In this document: one piece after another, positions 1 to 7,751 of the stretch
How positions within the stretch are numbered: the stretch's first letter is position 1
Layout of the letters: the number at the start of each line of letters is the position of its first letter
NCBI GenBank assembly: GCA_041478035.1
Contig: JBGOVI010000001.1
Location: forward strand, 1-44,146
Length of the DNA: 44,146 nt
Reading direction: 5' to 3'
DNA from: Patescibacteria group bacterium
GTDB taxonomy: Bacteria; Patescibacteriota; Microgenomatia; Levybacterales; GWA1-39-11
The notes under the pieces: model-generated
Databases searched by the model: none
The model's input: only the letters and a program-made list of their open reading frames with translations
Told to the model about the DNA's origin: nothing
Program-made: the position numbers and the translations under genes

Positions 1-302
1 TCTATTCCATTTACAAACTCCTCCGCCTGAATTCTTGTCCTTGGAAAACCATCCAAGATATATCCTGCTTGATATTCTGGCCGTTTCAAATATTCGCTGA
101 CTATCGAAAGAGTCCTGTCATCAGGAATCAGATACCCCGCGTTAATTGTTTCCTTAATGAAACGTCCAAGAGGCGCGTGTTCGCGGCTTAGCTCTCGAAA
201 TATATGTCCTGTTGATAGATATGGAACGTTGAGTTTCGCGGCAAGTTTATTTCCCTGCGTTGATTTTCCCGACCCCTGCACTCCAATTAAAACAATCTTC
301 AT
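1..302 (-). CDS. adk: adenylate kinase, N-terminal part (gene runs off the left edge of the window)
   Basis: Manual minus-strand translation from ATG at 300-302 gives MKIVLIGVQGSGKSTQGNKLAAKLNVPYLSTGHIFRE... It has the P-loop GxxGxGKS/T and adenylate-kinase-like LSTG motif. It lies 2 nt after the secY stop. Confidence 0.85.
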   Translation of the reverse strand, partial: MKIVLIGVQGSGKSTQGNKLAAKLNVPYLSTGHIFRELSREHAPLGRFIKETINAGYLIPDDRTLSIVSEYLKRPEYQAGYILDGFPRTRIQAEEFVNGI

Positions 303-304
303 AA

Positions 305-1609
305 TTAAAATCCAAGACTTCCGGAGGAAGTAAACTTATCGTAGTTTCTCTGGACTATATTGACTTCAAGAATTTTAACAGTTTCAATAACGACTGAAAC
401 AACTATTAAAATGCTAGTCCCGCCAATGAGTAGCGTGCTGATTCCTGTTGCCGCGCGGAGGACGCTTGGAAGAACCGCAATCAATCCTAAGAAAACTGCG
501 CCCGGAAGAGTGATTCTTGTTGTAACATAATTTAAAAATGTTGCCGTTGGTTTACCCGGCCTAACTCCGGGTACAAAACCCCCATACTTTTGTATCTCTT
601 CTGAGATTTTTTGCGGGTTGAAAATAACAGCGGTATAAAAATATGTGAACCCCATAACCAAAAGGAAGTAGGTGGCATTATAGGCAATACTGGCTGGATT
701 GAAGTTTGCGGCCAAAAATGAACCTACGGCTGCAAAAGTTTTATTTGCGCTTGCGACGAGGTAGTTTGAAATAAGAGATGGCAAGAGTACAATCGACACT
801 GCAAAAATTATAGGAATTACTCCGGACTGGTTGATCCTTAAAGGCAGGTGGGTTGATTGCCCTCCATAAACTTTGCCGCCGCGGACTCTTTTGGCATAAT
901 AAATTGGCACCCGACGGACTGCTTCGTTTACAAATACAATTGACGCGATTACAACTATTGCAAGCGCCGAGAATACTAAAAGATTGAGAATGTCAGCAGA
1001 GGCCGCGCTAGAGATAGTTTGAAAAATGACAACGGGAATTCTTCCTACAATTCCTGCAAAAATAAGAAGCGAGATGCCGTTTCCAATCCGCTGCTCAGAA
1101 ATAAGTTCTCCAAGCCACATTAGAAAAATAGTTCCTGCTGTCATTGTCACGACAAAAGAAATAATTTGAACAATATTAAGATTTGTTATTATATGTTGAT
1201 TGCGAAGTAATGCGTACATCCCAAGCGACTGAACAACAGCAAGCGGGATAGTAATAATTTTTGTATATTGATTAATTTTCTGTCTGCCGTATTCTCCTTC
1301 TTTCTGAAGTTCCTCAAGTTTTGGATAAACGATAGTCAAAAGCTGCAAAACAATCGACGCATATATATATGGGCCAAGACCAATAGCCAAAATGGAAAAG
1401 TTTGAAAGAGTTCCGCCGGAGAAAACGTCAAGAAGTCCAAGAAGTTGGTTTTGGGCAAATAGTGATTTTATTTGCGCAATATTGACGCCGGCAACAGGAA
1501 TGTGTGCGAATAGGCGAAAAACCAAAAATATACCAAGGACTATTAAAATTTTGCGGCGGGTATCGTGATCACGCAAGGTACTTTTAAAAACGTTTAGAAC
1601 TTGGTTCAT
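305..1609 (-). CDS. secY: preprotein translocase subunit SecY
   Basis: 434-aa polytopic membrane ORF in the canonical position after rplO. SecY-like N-terminus and 10-TM layout. Confidence 0.95.
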   Translation of the reverse strand: MNQVLNVFKSTLRDHDTRRKILIVLGIFLVFRLFAHIPVAGVNIAQIKSLFAQNQLLGLLDVFSGGTLSNFSILAIGLGPYIYASIVLQLLTIVYPKLEELQKEGEYGRQKINQYTKIITIPLAVVQSLGMYALLRNQHIITNLNIVQIISFVVTMTAGTIFLMWLGELISEQRIGNGISLLIFAGIVGRIPVVIFQTISSAASADILNLLVFSALAIVVIASIVFVNEAVRRVPIYYAKRVRGGKVYGGQSTHLPLRINQSGVIPIIFAVSIVLLPSLISNYLVASANKTFAAVGSFLAANFNPASIAYNATYFLLVMGFTYFYTAVIFNPQKISEEIQKYGGFVPGVRPGKPTATFLNYVTTRITLPGAVFLGLIAVLPSVLRAATGISTLLIGGTSILIVVSVVIETVKILEVNIVQRNYDKFTSSGSLGF

Positions 1610-1613
1610 GGTT

Positions 1614-2048
1614 TTATAAAACTTTGCCGCCGGCGCGTGTAATAATACGGCGCACGGCAGACGTCACCGGAACTTTCACATCATATGCTATCCCAAGCTT
1701 ACTATTTCCTATAATCTTAACTCCTGATTTTTTTGCCTCGGGTCTGACAATACCATATTTGATGAGAGTTTCAACATCAACCGTTGTTTTTGCCGGCAAA
1801 CTTGTAAGTTTTGCGATATTGATTGCCACCGGATGGCGTTTTACCACTTTATTTCTACCTCGTCCCCGCAAAAACGGAAGCCTTTTAACGAGGGGAAGAG
1901 CTCCTCCTTCAAAAGAAAGGAGAATTTTCCCTCGGGCTTTTTGCCCTTTGGTCCCGCGTCCTGCTGTTTTTCCGCGTCCTGTGCCGTGGCCCCGTCCGAG
2001 CCTTCGGAGTTTCTTTTCTGTTGTTTTTGGTAAATTATGTATTTCCAT
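1614..2048 (-). CDS. rplO: 50S ribosomal protein uL15
   Basis: 144 aa with a Gly/Arg/Lys-rich N-terminus (RRLGRGHGTGRGKTAGRGTKGQKAR) typical of uL15. Operon position supports the call. Confidence 0.95.
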   Translation of the reverse strand: MEIHNLPKTTEKKLRRLGRGHGTGRGKTAGRGTKGQKARGKILLSFEGGALPLVKRLPFLRGRGRNKVVKRHPVAINIAKLTSLPAKTTVDVETLIKYGIVRPEAKKSGVKIIGNSKLGIAYDVKVPVTSAVRRIITRAGGKVL

Positions 2049-2050
2049 AA

Positions 2051-2500
2051 TTAATGTGCCAAACGAATAAGCGCTTCAAATACAGCGTATACGTTGTTTG
2101 CTTTATTATCGCTCCCCAAAATTTTTGATGAGATATTTTTGATTCCTGCTGCCTCAATTACAGCCCTGACTGCTCCACCTGCAATAATTCCCGCACCTTC
2201 CGGTGCCGGCTTAAGCAGTACTTGAGCCGCGCCTTTTTTAACCAAAATTGAATACGGTATAGTGCCGTGAACAATACGCACATTTATCATTTTTTTTCTT
2301 GCAAGGCTCGATGCTTTCGTAATGGCAGACGAAACATCTGAAGACTTCCCAAGTCCTACGCCGACCCGGCCATTCCTGTTTCCAACAATAACAAGCGCGG
2401 CAAATCTCATTTTGTTGCCGCCTTTTGTTTTTTTAGAAACGCGGTTTACCTGAACCACCTTCTCCTCCAATTTTTCCTGACTAAAAACTTGATCTTCCAT
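2051..2500 (-). CDS. rpsE: 30S ribosomal protein uS5
   Basis: 149 aa with VVQVNRVSKKTKGG...FAALVIVGNRNGRVGVGLGKS, the uS5 signature. Only 2 nt separate it from rplO, so no rpmD lies in between. Confidence 0.95.
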   Translation of the reverse strand: MEDQVFSQEKLEEKVVQVNRVSKKTKGGNKMRFAALVIVGNRNGRVGVGLGKSSDVSSAITKASSLARKKMINVRIVHGTIPYSILVKKGAAQVLLKPAPEGAGIIAGGAVRAVIEAAGIKNISSKILGSDNKANNVYAVFEALIRLAH

Positions 2501-2859
2501 TAGAATTCCAAACCTCCTTCTCGAGCTCCTTGGGCAAGAGCTTTTATTCTACCATGAAATTTATATGGCCCCTTATCAAAAACGACATTTTTAATTTTTT
2601 TTGCAATTGCTTTTTTGGCTAATATTTTTCCTACTTCAACTGCTGCTTGTGTTTTATTTAAATTCGAACCTTCAATCGCTTTTTCACTTGCTGCGACCAA
2701 GGTTTTACCCGTCTTGTCATCAACAACCTGCGCATAAATATATCTATTTGAACGAAAAACAGTTAGACGTACGCGATTCTTTTTCGCACGAATTTTATTT
2801 CGGCTGCGCGCCGTCCTCCTTGCTTTCCTTATTTTTTTAATTCTTTCTTCTTTTTTCAT
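2500..2859 (-). CDS. rplR: 50S ribosomal protein uL18
   Basis: 119 aa with RLTVFRSNRYIYAQVVDD and a FDKGPYKFHGRIKALAQGAREGGLEF C-terminus. Its TAA overlaps the rpsE ATG (TAATG). Confidence 0.95.
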   Translation of the reverse strand: MKKEERIKKIRKARRTARSRNKIRAKKNRVRLTVFRSNRYIYAQVVDDKTGKTLVAASEKAIEGSNLNKTQAAVEVGKILAKKAIAKKIKNVVFDKGPYKFHGRIKALAQGAREGGLEF

Positions 2860-2860
2860 A

Positions 2861-2895
2861 TCATTATTCTTTATTCCTTATTCATTATTCATTAT
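2861..2895. repeat. Five tandem heptamers TCNTTAT (GAAUAAN x5 in the mRNA) that fill the rplF|rplR spacer
   Basis: Direct reading: tcattat tctttat tccttat tcattat tcattat. The run ends 1 nt from the rplR ATG. Confidence 0.9.
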
Positions 2896-2901
2896 TCACT
2901 T

Positions 2902-3456
2902 CTATTTTGTGGCTGCTCCTACCGCTTTTGCCGCTTTTCCTGCCTTTCTCCTAATGAATTCTCCGACATATTTTATTCCTTTTCCTTTATAAGGTTCTGG
3001 TGGTCTAACCCGTCTTATATCAGACGCAACGTCTCCAACAAGCTGCTTATTTATACCCGATACCGTAATAATATTTTCATCAACGCTGATTATAACTCCC
3101 GGAATTGGAGTAATCTTAACCGGAACGGCAAATCCAACGTTTAAAACCAGATCTGCGCCTTCAACTTTCGCGCGATAACCAACACCCGTCAATTCAAGCT
3201 TTTTCTCAAAACCTAGACTTACACCCTTTATCATATTTGCAATCGTCGCGTGCGCCAACCCGGCAAATTTTTCAAGATCATAAGAATCAAAAGTTTTTTT
3301 TACTCTGATACTCCCATCCTCAATAATTACCTCTATATCTTTTGGAATAGCGGCGTCAATTGTTCCGTGCAAACCATTCACCACGACTTTTCCATCTTCA
3401 ATTGTAACCGTAACTCCTTCCTCAATTTTTATAGGTTTTTTCGCAATATTAGACAT
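2902..3456 (-). CDS. rplF: 50S ribosomal protein uL6
   Basis: 184 aa starting MSNIAKKPIKIEEGVTV with a ...YKGKGIKY motif. Operon position supports the call. Confidence 0.95.
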   Translation of the reverse strand: MSNIAKKPIKIEEGVTVTIEDGKVVVNGLHGTIDAAIPKDIEVIIEDGSIRVKKTFDSYDLEKFAGLAHATIANMIKGVSLGFEKKLELTGVGYRAKVEGADLVLNVGFAVPVKITPIPGVIISVDENIITVSGINKQLVGDVASDIRRVRPPEPYKGKGIKYVGEFIRRKAGKAAKAVGAATK

Positions 3457-3457
3457 G

Positions 3458-3877
3458 CTAAAAAATTTGGCAGATTAGTTCTCCGCCTACTCCCTTCTTT
3501 TGCGCTTCTCGTCCCGTCATAATTCCCTGACTCGTTGAAAGAATTGATATTCCGTGACGACTGCCGCCTTTTTTAAGCCCCGACTTATCCAGGTAGTGAT
3601 GCACAGAAGGCCTTGAAACAAGTTTTACATCGGTCAATGCCGGCACTCTCCCCTCATATTTCAACTCAATCCGAATCATTTTTCGCCCCTTTTTTTCCTT
3701 CGAACCCTTTTCATTGGAAATTGGAAATTGGAAATTGGAAATTTTTCCAATGTATCCTTCTTTCTCAAGAATTTGCGCAATACCTGCAACCACATTTGAA
3801 TGTGGATATTCCATTTCTTTATGATGCGCCCTATAGGCGTTTTTAATTTGTATTAAAAAATCTCCAATTCTATACAT
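3458..3877 (-). CDS. rpsH: 30S ribosomal protein uS8
   Basis: I start at the ATG at 3875-3877 (MYRIGDFLIQIKNAYRA...), which is the conserved uS8 N-terminus. The longer track ORF (to 4000) would run through rpsN. Confidence 0.9.
   Translation of the reverse strand: MYRIGDFLIQIKNAYRAHHKEMEYPHSNVVAGIAQILEKEGYIGKISNFQFPISNEKGSKEKKGRKMIRIELKYEGRVPALTDVKLVSRPSVHHYLDKSGLKKGGSRHGISILSTSQGIMTGREAQKKGVGGELICQIF
3714..3741. repeat. Four perfect tandem heptamers TTGGAAA inside the rpsH coding sequence
   Basis: Direct reading. On the coding strand it encodes ISNFQFPISN in the variable loop of uS8. Confidence 0.9.
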
Positions 3878-3882
3878 AAAAT

Positions 3883-4068
3883 TTACCAGCTGGCCTTCTT
3901 TACCCCCGGCAATTCTCCTCTCAATGCTCTTTCTCGGAAACAAATCCTGCACAGTCCAAACAACCTCATGTAACCGCGTGCTCTTCCGCAAAGCATGCAA
4001 ATATTTTTTTTTCGGCTCGAATACTTTGGTTTCCCGCTATTTTTTACAATATTAGAACGTTTTGCCAT
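3883..4068 (-). CDS. rpsN: 30S ribosomal protein uS14, zinc-binding short (type Z) form
   Basis: 61 aa from the ATG at 4066-4068 ([10 protein letters not shown]...). It has CxxC...CxxC ([20 protein letters not shown]) and ends KKASW. The track start at 4074 is a TTG two codons upstream. Confidence 0.9.
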   Translation of the reverse strand: MAKRSNIVKNSGKPKYSSRKKNICMLCGRARGYMRLFGLCRICFRERALRGELPGVKKASW

Positions 4069-4070
4069 AA

Positions 4071-4613
4071 TCAATTCTTCTTAAATGGGAAGCCCATTTC
4101 TTCAAGTAATACTTTACCCTTTTCATTATCGCCCGCGTTTGTTGCTATTGTCACTTGAAGACTTCTGATTTTATCAACTTTTCCAGGATCTATTTCAGGG
4201 AAAACCGTATTTTCAGTAAATCCCACGCTTAAGTTTCCGCGACCATCAAATGCTTTTGGCGCAATTCCTGAAAAATCGCGAACGCGCGGGAAGACGATTT
4301 TTGTCAATTTTTCAAGAAAATCATACATCCGCGCACCACGAAGAGTTACTGATAAACCAATCTCGTCTCCCTCTCGGAGCTTAAACGTCGCAACAGAAAT
4401 CCGAGCCCTTGAGAGTTTTGGCATTTGTCCAGAAATTAATAATAGGTCCTCACGCGCGCGTTCAATATTCTTTTTGTCTGTCAAAAAATCCTTCATGCTT
4501 GTGTTAATAACAATTTTTACCACGCGCGGCACAGCCATCGGGTTTTTTATATTTAGCCGGTCCATTAACTTTTTTACTATTTCTTTTTCAAACTTATCTT
4601 TAAACTTTGTCAT
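4071..4613 (-). CDS. rplE: 50S ribosomal protein uL5
   Basis: 180 aa. Operon position and a uL5-like sequence ([12 protein letters not shown]..., [11 protein letters not shown]). Confidence 0.95.
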   Translation of the reverse strand: MTKFKDKFEKEIVKKLMDRLNIKNPMAVPRVVKIVINTSMKDFLTDKKNIERAREDLLLISGQMPKLSRARISVATFKLREGDEIGLSVTLRGARMYDFLEKLTKIVFPRVRDFSGIAPKAFDGRGNLSVGFTENTVFPEIDPGKVDKIRSLQVTIATNAGDNEKGKVLLEEMGFPFKKN

Positions 4614-4616
4614 AGC

Positions 4617-4730
4617 TTATCCTTGGCGTTGCTTATGCTTTGGATTATCACAAATTACATAAAGCTTTCCGTGCCTTCTGATTATCTTGCATTTTATACA
4701 CCTTTTTTTAACTGATGCTTGTACTTTCAT
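4617..4730 (-). CDS. rpmJ: 50S ribosomal protein bL36 (37 aa, absent from the ORF track)
   Basis: Manual translation gives [37 protein letters not shown] followed by TAA. This is a near-consensus bL36 with a C-x2-C...C-x4-H zinc site. It lies 2 nt after rplX and 3 nt before rplE. Confidence 0.88.
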   Translation of the reverse strand: MKVQASVKKRCIKCKIIRRHGKLYVICDNPKHKQRQG

Positions 4731-4732
4731 AT

Positions 4733-5062
4733 TTAATCGATCTCTTTCTTGCATTTTCTGCATATACGAACCTTTTCGCCTTTTTCAATTTTGAACCCTA
4801 TTCGAGTTACTTTTTTACACTTTGGGCAAATCAATGCTACGTTTGATGCAGGCAACGGTTTTGTAATTGTCACAATTTCTGATTTTTGCCCGCCGGACCG
4901 CGCGGAAGAATTTTGCGCCCGTGACTTTACGTGCCTTTTAAATTCATTTACACCCGCAATCAAAACTCGGCCTTCTCTTGGAAAAACCCGTTCGACTTGA
5001 CTCGTCTTTCCCTTGTCTTTTCCTATCAAAACCTTAATTGTATCTCCCTTTTTTATTTTCAT
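4733..5062 (-). CDS. rplX: 50S ribosomal protein uL24 (C-terminal CxxC...CxxC)
   Basis: 109 aa. It has a KOW-type N-terminus ([19 protein letters not shown]) and ICPKCKK...ICRKCKK near the C-terminus. Confidence 0.92.
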   Translation of the reverse strand: MKIKKGDTIKVLIGKDKGKTSQVERVFPREGRVLIAGVNEFKRHVKSRAQNSSARSGGQKSEIVTITKPLPASNVALICPKCKKVTRIGFKIEKGEKVRICRKCKKEID

Positions 5063-5064
5063 AT

Positions 5065-5439
5065 TTAAACGACGTGATTTGCTAAAGACGCGATCTTCGC
5101 GTAGCCTAAATCTTTGATCTCTCGCGCAATTGGACCGAAAATTCTAGTTCCGAGCGGCGCCTTTGTTTTATCATTTTCAATAATTACACCGGCGTTCTCA
5201 GAAAACCTTACATATGTCCCATCGCGTCTCCTAAACTCTTTTCTTGTACGAACGAGTACAGCCTTCACCTTGTCTCCTTTTTTAAACTGAGTGTTAGGAA
5301 GAACTTTCTTAACTACACACCCTAAGTAAGACCCGAGCGCGCCTTTTCTCCTTCTTGATCCACCGTAAATTTGGATAACCATCAATTGCTTGACGCCCGT
5401 GTTATCTGCAATATTTAACATACTCCTGTGTTGAATCAT
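5065..5439 (-). CDS. rplN: 50S ribosomal protein uL14
   Basis: 124 aa with MIQHRSMLNIADNTGVK, the canonical uL14 start. Confidence 0.95.
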   Translation of the reverse strand: MIQHRSMLNIADNTGVKQLMVIQIYGGSRRRKGALGSYLGCVVKKVLPNTQFKKGDKVKAVLVRTRKEFRRRDGTYVRFSENAGVIIENDKTKAPLGTRIFGPIAREIKDLGYAKIASLANHVV

Positions 5440-5684
5440 AGTTTCTTTTCTCCTGTGACCTCTATTACTCTAAAATGTTTATCGCGACTAATTGGCTTTG
5501 ATTGTTCAATTTTGACACTTTGGCCTACCTTAGGCGTGAGATCTCCTGTGTCCGCTTTAATCCTCCCTGTTCTTTTTAAAGTCTTCTTATAAAGCGGATG
5601 TCTTACAAGTCTTTCGACCTCAACAACTACAGTTTTTGTCATCTTATCCGATACTACTTTTCCGCTAAATATTTTCTTAGCCAT
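5436..5684 (-). CDS. rpsQ: 30S ribosomal protein uS17
   Basis: 82 aa with GKVVSDKMTKTVVVEVERLVRHPLYKK. It has an ATGA overlap with rplN. Confidence 0.95.
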   Translation of the reverse strand: MAKKIFSGKVVSDKMTKTVVVEVERLVRHPLYKKTLKRTGRIKADTGDLTPKVGQSVKIEQSKPISRDKHFRVIEVTGEKKL

Positions 5685-5904
5685 TGATATTTTCCTCCTT
5701 CGGCGCGACGGCGGCCTTCATACCTAAAATTGTCAAAACTCGTGCGATATCTTTTTGCTTGCTCCGGATGCCGTTTGTGTCTTTTAATGTGCCCCGCGAT
5801 TTTTCAACCGACATTTTTTCTACCTCTTCCCGCAAATCCAAAAGGCGTCGCCTCAACTCATCTATTGTTTTAGTCTTTAAATCTGTCAATTCATTTTTTT
5901 TCAT
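5677..5904 (-). CDS. rpmC: 50S ribosomal protein uL29
   Basis: 75 aa, helical (ELRRRLLDLREEVEKM). Operon position supports the call. Confidence 0.9.
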   Translation of the reverse strand: MKKNELTDLKTKTIDELRRRLLDLREEVEKMSVEKSRGTLKDTNGIRSKQKDIARVLTILGMKAAVAPKEENING

Positions 5905-5905
5905 A

Positions 5906-6319
5906 TTATTCTCCTCGTTTTATAAACCTGCTTCTCAAAGGAAGCTTGTGAGACGCAAGCCTTAAGGCTTCTTTTGCGACGTCCTCCGGTACTCCCGCCA
6001 TTTCAAACATAATTCTTCCGAATTTGACAGGCGCAACGTATTCGTGAATGTCGCCTTTTCCGCCGCCCATGCGTGTCTCAGGAGGCTTACGGGTGATTGG
6101 TCTGTCCGGAAAAATCCGGATCCAGATTCTGCCACCGCGTTTTGTAAAGTGCGTTATTGATTTTCTTGCGGCCTCAATCTGGCGGGCTGAGACATTACCC
6201 GAATCTTCTGCTCGCAAACCAAACTCTCCAAAGGAAACGCGGCTTCCGCGATATGCCACCTGCCCCTGGACCTTCGGCTTGAATTGTTTTCTATATTTTG
6301 TTCTTCTTGGCGTTAACAT
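5906..6319 (-). CDS. rplP: 50S ribosomal protein uL16
   Basis: 137 aa starting [14 protein letters not shown]. Confidence 0.95.
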   Translation of the reverse strand: MLTPRRTKYRKQFKPKVQGQVAYRGSRVSFGEFGLRAEDSGNVSARQIEAARKSITHFTKRGGRIWIRIFPDRPITRKPPETRMGGGKGDIHEYVAPVKFGRIMFEMAGVPEDVAKEALRLASHKLPLRSRFIKRGE

Positions 6320-6322
6320 ATT

Positions 6323-6961
6323 TTATCTGTTGATCCAAACTTTCACTCCTACGTATCCGCTTTTAGTCAATGCCGGATACGCTGCATAATCAATGTCTTC
6401 CCTGATTGTTGAAAGCGAAACTTTACCTGCTTGAAGGCGCTCGCGTCTGCTAATTTCTGCTCCCCCTATTCTTCCTGCAAGAATTAACCTAACACCCTTC
6501 GCGCCTGAATTCATGACACGATCTATTGTCTGTTTCATAATTCTTTTTGCTGGCATTCTCCGAATCAATTGATCTGAGATATTTACCGCAACCAAATATG
6601 CGGAAAGATTAGGGTCTTTGATAGGCTCAACTTTAAGCTCTATTTTTTTTGCGTTTTGATCTTTCTTTGTCACGCCAAGCATCCTAACAATGAAACGTTT
6701 TAGCTCCTCAATTCCTGTTCCGCCGCGGCCGATGACAATTCCCGGACGAGTAACATACACCGTAATTTTAATGCTCGAGAGCGAACGCTCAATAATTGCA
6801 TCCCCAATTCCTGCCGGTTTTAAACGCTCATAAAGCGCTTCACGGATTTTTATATCAGAGAGGACCATTGCGGGATATTGCTTCTTTGAGTAATACCCAA
6901 CACTCTTAAATCCCTGGTGGATTCCAAGCCTCAATGCTATCGGATTAACTTTCTGTCCCAT
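6323..6961 (-). CDS. rpsC: 30S ribosomal protein uS3
   Basis: 212 aa starting MGQKVNPIALRLG, with a KH domain (GIVIGRGGTGIEEL). Confidence 0.95.
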   Translation of the reverse strand: MGQKVNPIALRLGIHQGFKSVGYYSKKQYPAMVLSDIKIREALYERLKPAGIGDAIIERSLSSIKITVYVTRPGIVIGRGGTGIEELKRFIVRMLGVTKKDQNAKKIELKVEPIKDPNLSAYLVAVNISDQLIRRMPAKRIMKQTIDRVMNSGAKGVRLILAGRIGGAEISRRERLQAGKVSLSTIREDIDYAAYPALTKSGYVGVKVWINR

Positions 6962-7394
6962 TATTTAGGTTCTCCTTTCCTGTTTTTGCTTGCCCTGAGC
7001 TTGCCGAATGGGCTTCTATTTGTTTAGTTTCTTCCTTATTCATTATTTGTGATTCATTATTCTTGTTATCCGCAAGGATAACCCTGATCTGGCTCGTTCT
7101 TCTCTTGTACGGCCTTGTCCTTCCGCGGCCCGCAAAGTGAAAACGCTTCATAGAAACTCCTTCACCTATTATGATGTCGCGGATTGAAAGGTCTTCTTTT
7201 TTTGCCTGAAAATTATTGGTTGCGTTGGCAACTGCCGAATCAATGGCCTTTTTAATAGGTCCTGCCGCCCGCATATTCATAACCATAAGCGAATTCAACG
7301 CCACGGTCAATTTTTTTTTCTTTACGCCATCGGCAATTAACCTAACTTTTCGAGGCGACATCTTTATATTTTTTGCAATTGCAATATATTCCAT
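6945..7394 (-). CDS. rplV: 50S ribosomal protein uL22 with a C-terminal low-complexity extension
   Basis: 149 aa with a uL22 core (AKNIKMSPRKVRLIADGV...). The tail overlaps the rpsC start by 17 nt. Confidence 0.92.
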   Translation of the reverse strand: MEYIAIAKNIKMSPRKVRLIADGVKKKKLTVALNSLMVMNMRAAGPIKKAIDSAVANATNNFQAKKEDLSIRDIIIGEGVSMKRFHFAGRGRTRPYKRRTSQIRVILADNKNNESQIMNKEETKQIEAHSASSGQAKTGKENLNNGTES

Positions 7395-7401
7395 ATTTTT
7401 G

Positions 7402-7457
7402 GTTATTCGTTATTCGTTCGTAGTTATTCGACGAACTACGAACCAACTAACAAACTA
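7402..7457. repeat. Eight tandem heptamers in the rpsS|rplV spacer
   Basis: Direct reading: gttattc gttattc gttcgta gttattc gacgaac tacgaac caactaa caaacta. It contains a 10-bp inverted repeat, 7416-7425 with 7434-7443. Confidence 0.85.
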
Positions 7458-7462
7458 ACTTT

Positions 7463-7750
7463 TTATGTCTTTGAAACTTCTCGAGCTACTACTCGTCCAT
7501 GGCTTCTAAATAATCTTGTTGGTGCGAACTCTCCCAGGCGGTGCCCCACCATGTTTTCAACAACCTTAACGGTAATATGATTCTTTCCGTTGTGAACCAA
7601 AAAAGTTATTCCCACAAAATCCGGCGGAATTTGACTCGACCTCGCCCACGTTTTTATTGGCGAACCGGTCGAACCTGTTTCCTTCGCCTTCACTACTTTT
7701 TTCATCAATTTTTCGTCTATATATGGTCCTTTTTTAAGTGATCTACTCAT
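7463..7750 (-). CDS. rpsS: 30S ribosomal protein uS19
   Basis: 95 aa starting [15 protein letters not shown], with ...HNGKNHITV. Confidence 0.95.
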   Translation of the reverse strand: MSRSLKKGPYIDEKLMKKVVKAKETGSTGSPIKTWARSSQIPPDFVGITFLVHNGKNHITVKVVENMVGHRLGEFAPTRLFRSHGRVVAREVSKT

Positions 7751-7751
7751 A

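Noticed and set aside
1624-2070. A 148-aa plus-strand ORF antisense to rplO. Similar long antisense ORFs lie at 13269-13835 (in tuf), 10441-10815 (in cdf), 27189-27536 (in the pepP-like gene), 42662-43102 (in the deoA-like gene), 20642-21001 (in aclA), and in several places in rpoB and rpoC.
   Set aside because: Each lies entirely inside a strongly supported conserved gene on the other strand. They have odd composition (Pro/Arg/Ser/Phe-rich mirror translations), and no start context or promoter.
3878-4000. N-terminal extensions in the ORF track for rpsH (to 4000), rplB (to 8558), rplC (to 10419), rpsN (TTG at 4074), the lytR_C gene (GTG at 17171), DUF5678 (40183), the protease (TTG at 40400) and the dcd-like gene (TTG at 30124).
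   Set aside because: The conserved protein N-termini begin at internal ATGs. The extensions would overlap the upstream gene or cover promoter or terminator elements.
4733-4830. The CxxC...CxxC zinc-ribbon-like motif in uL24 as a novel feature.
   Set aside because: As far as I recall, cysteine-containing uL24 C-termini of this type exist in other bacteria such as Thermus. I therefore record it only as an annotation note.
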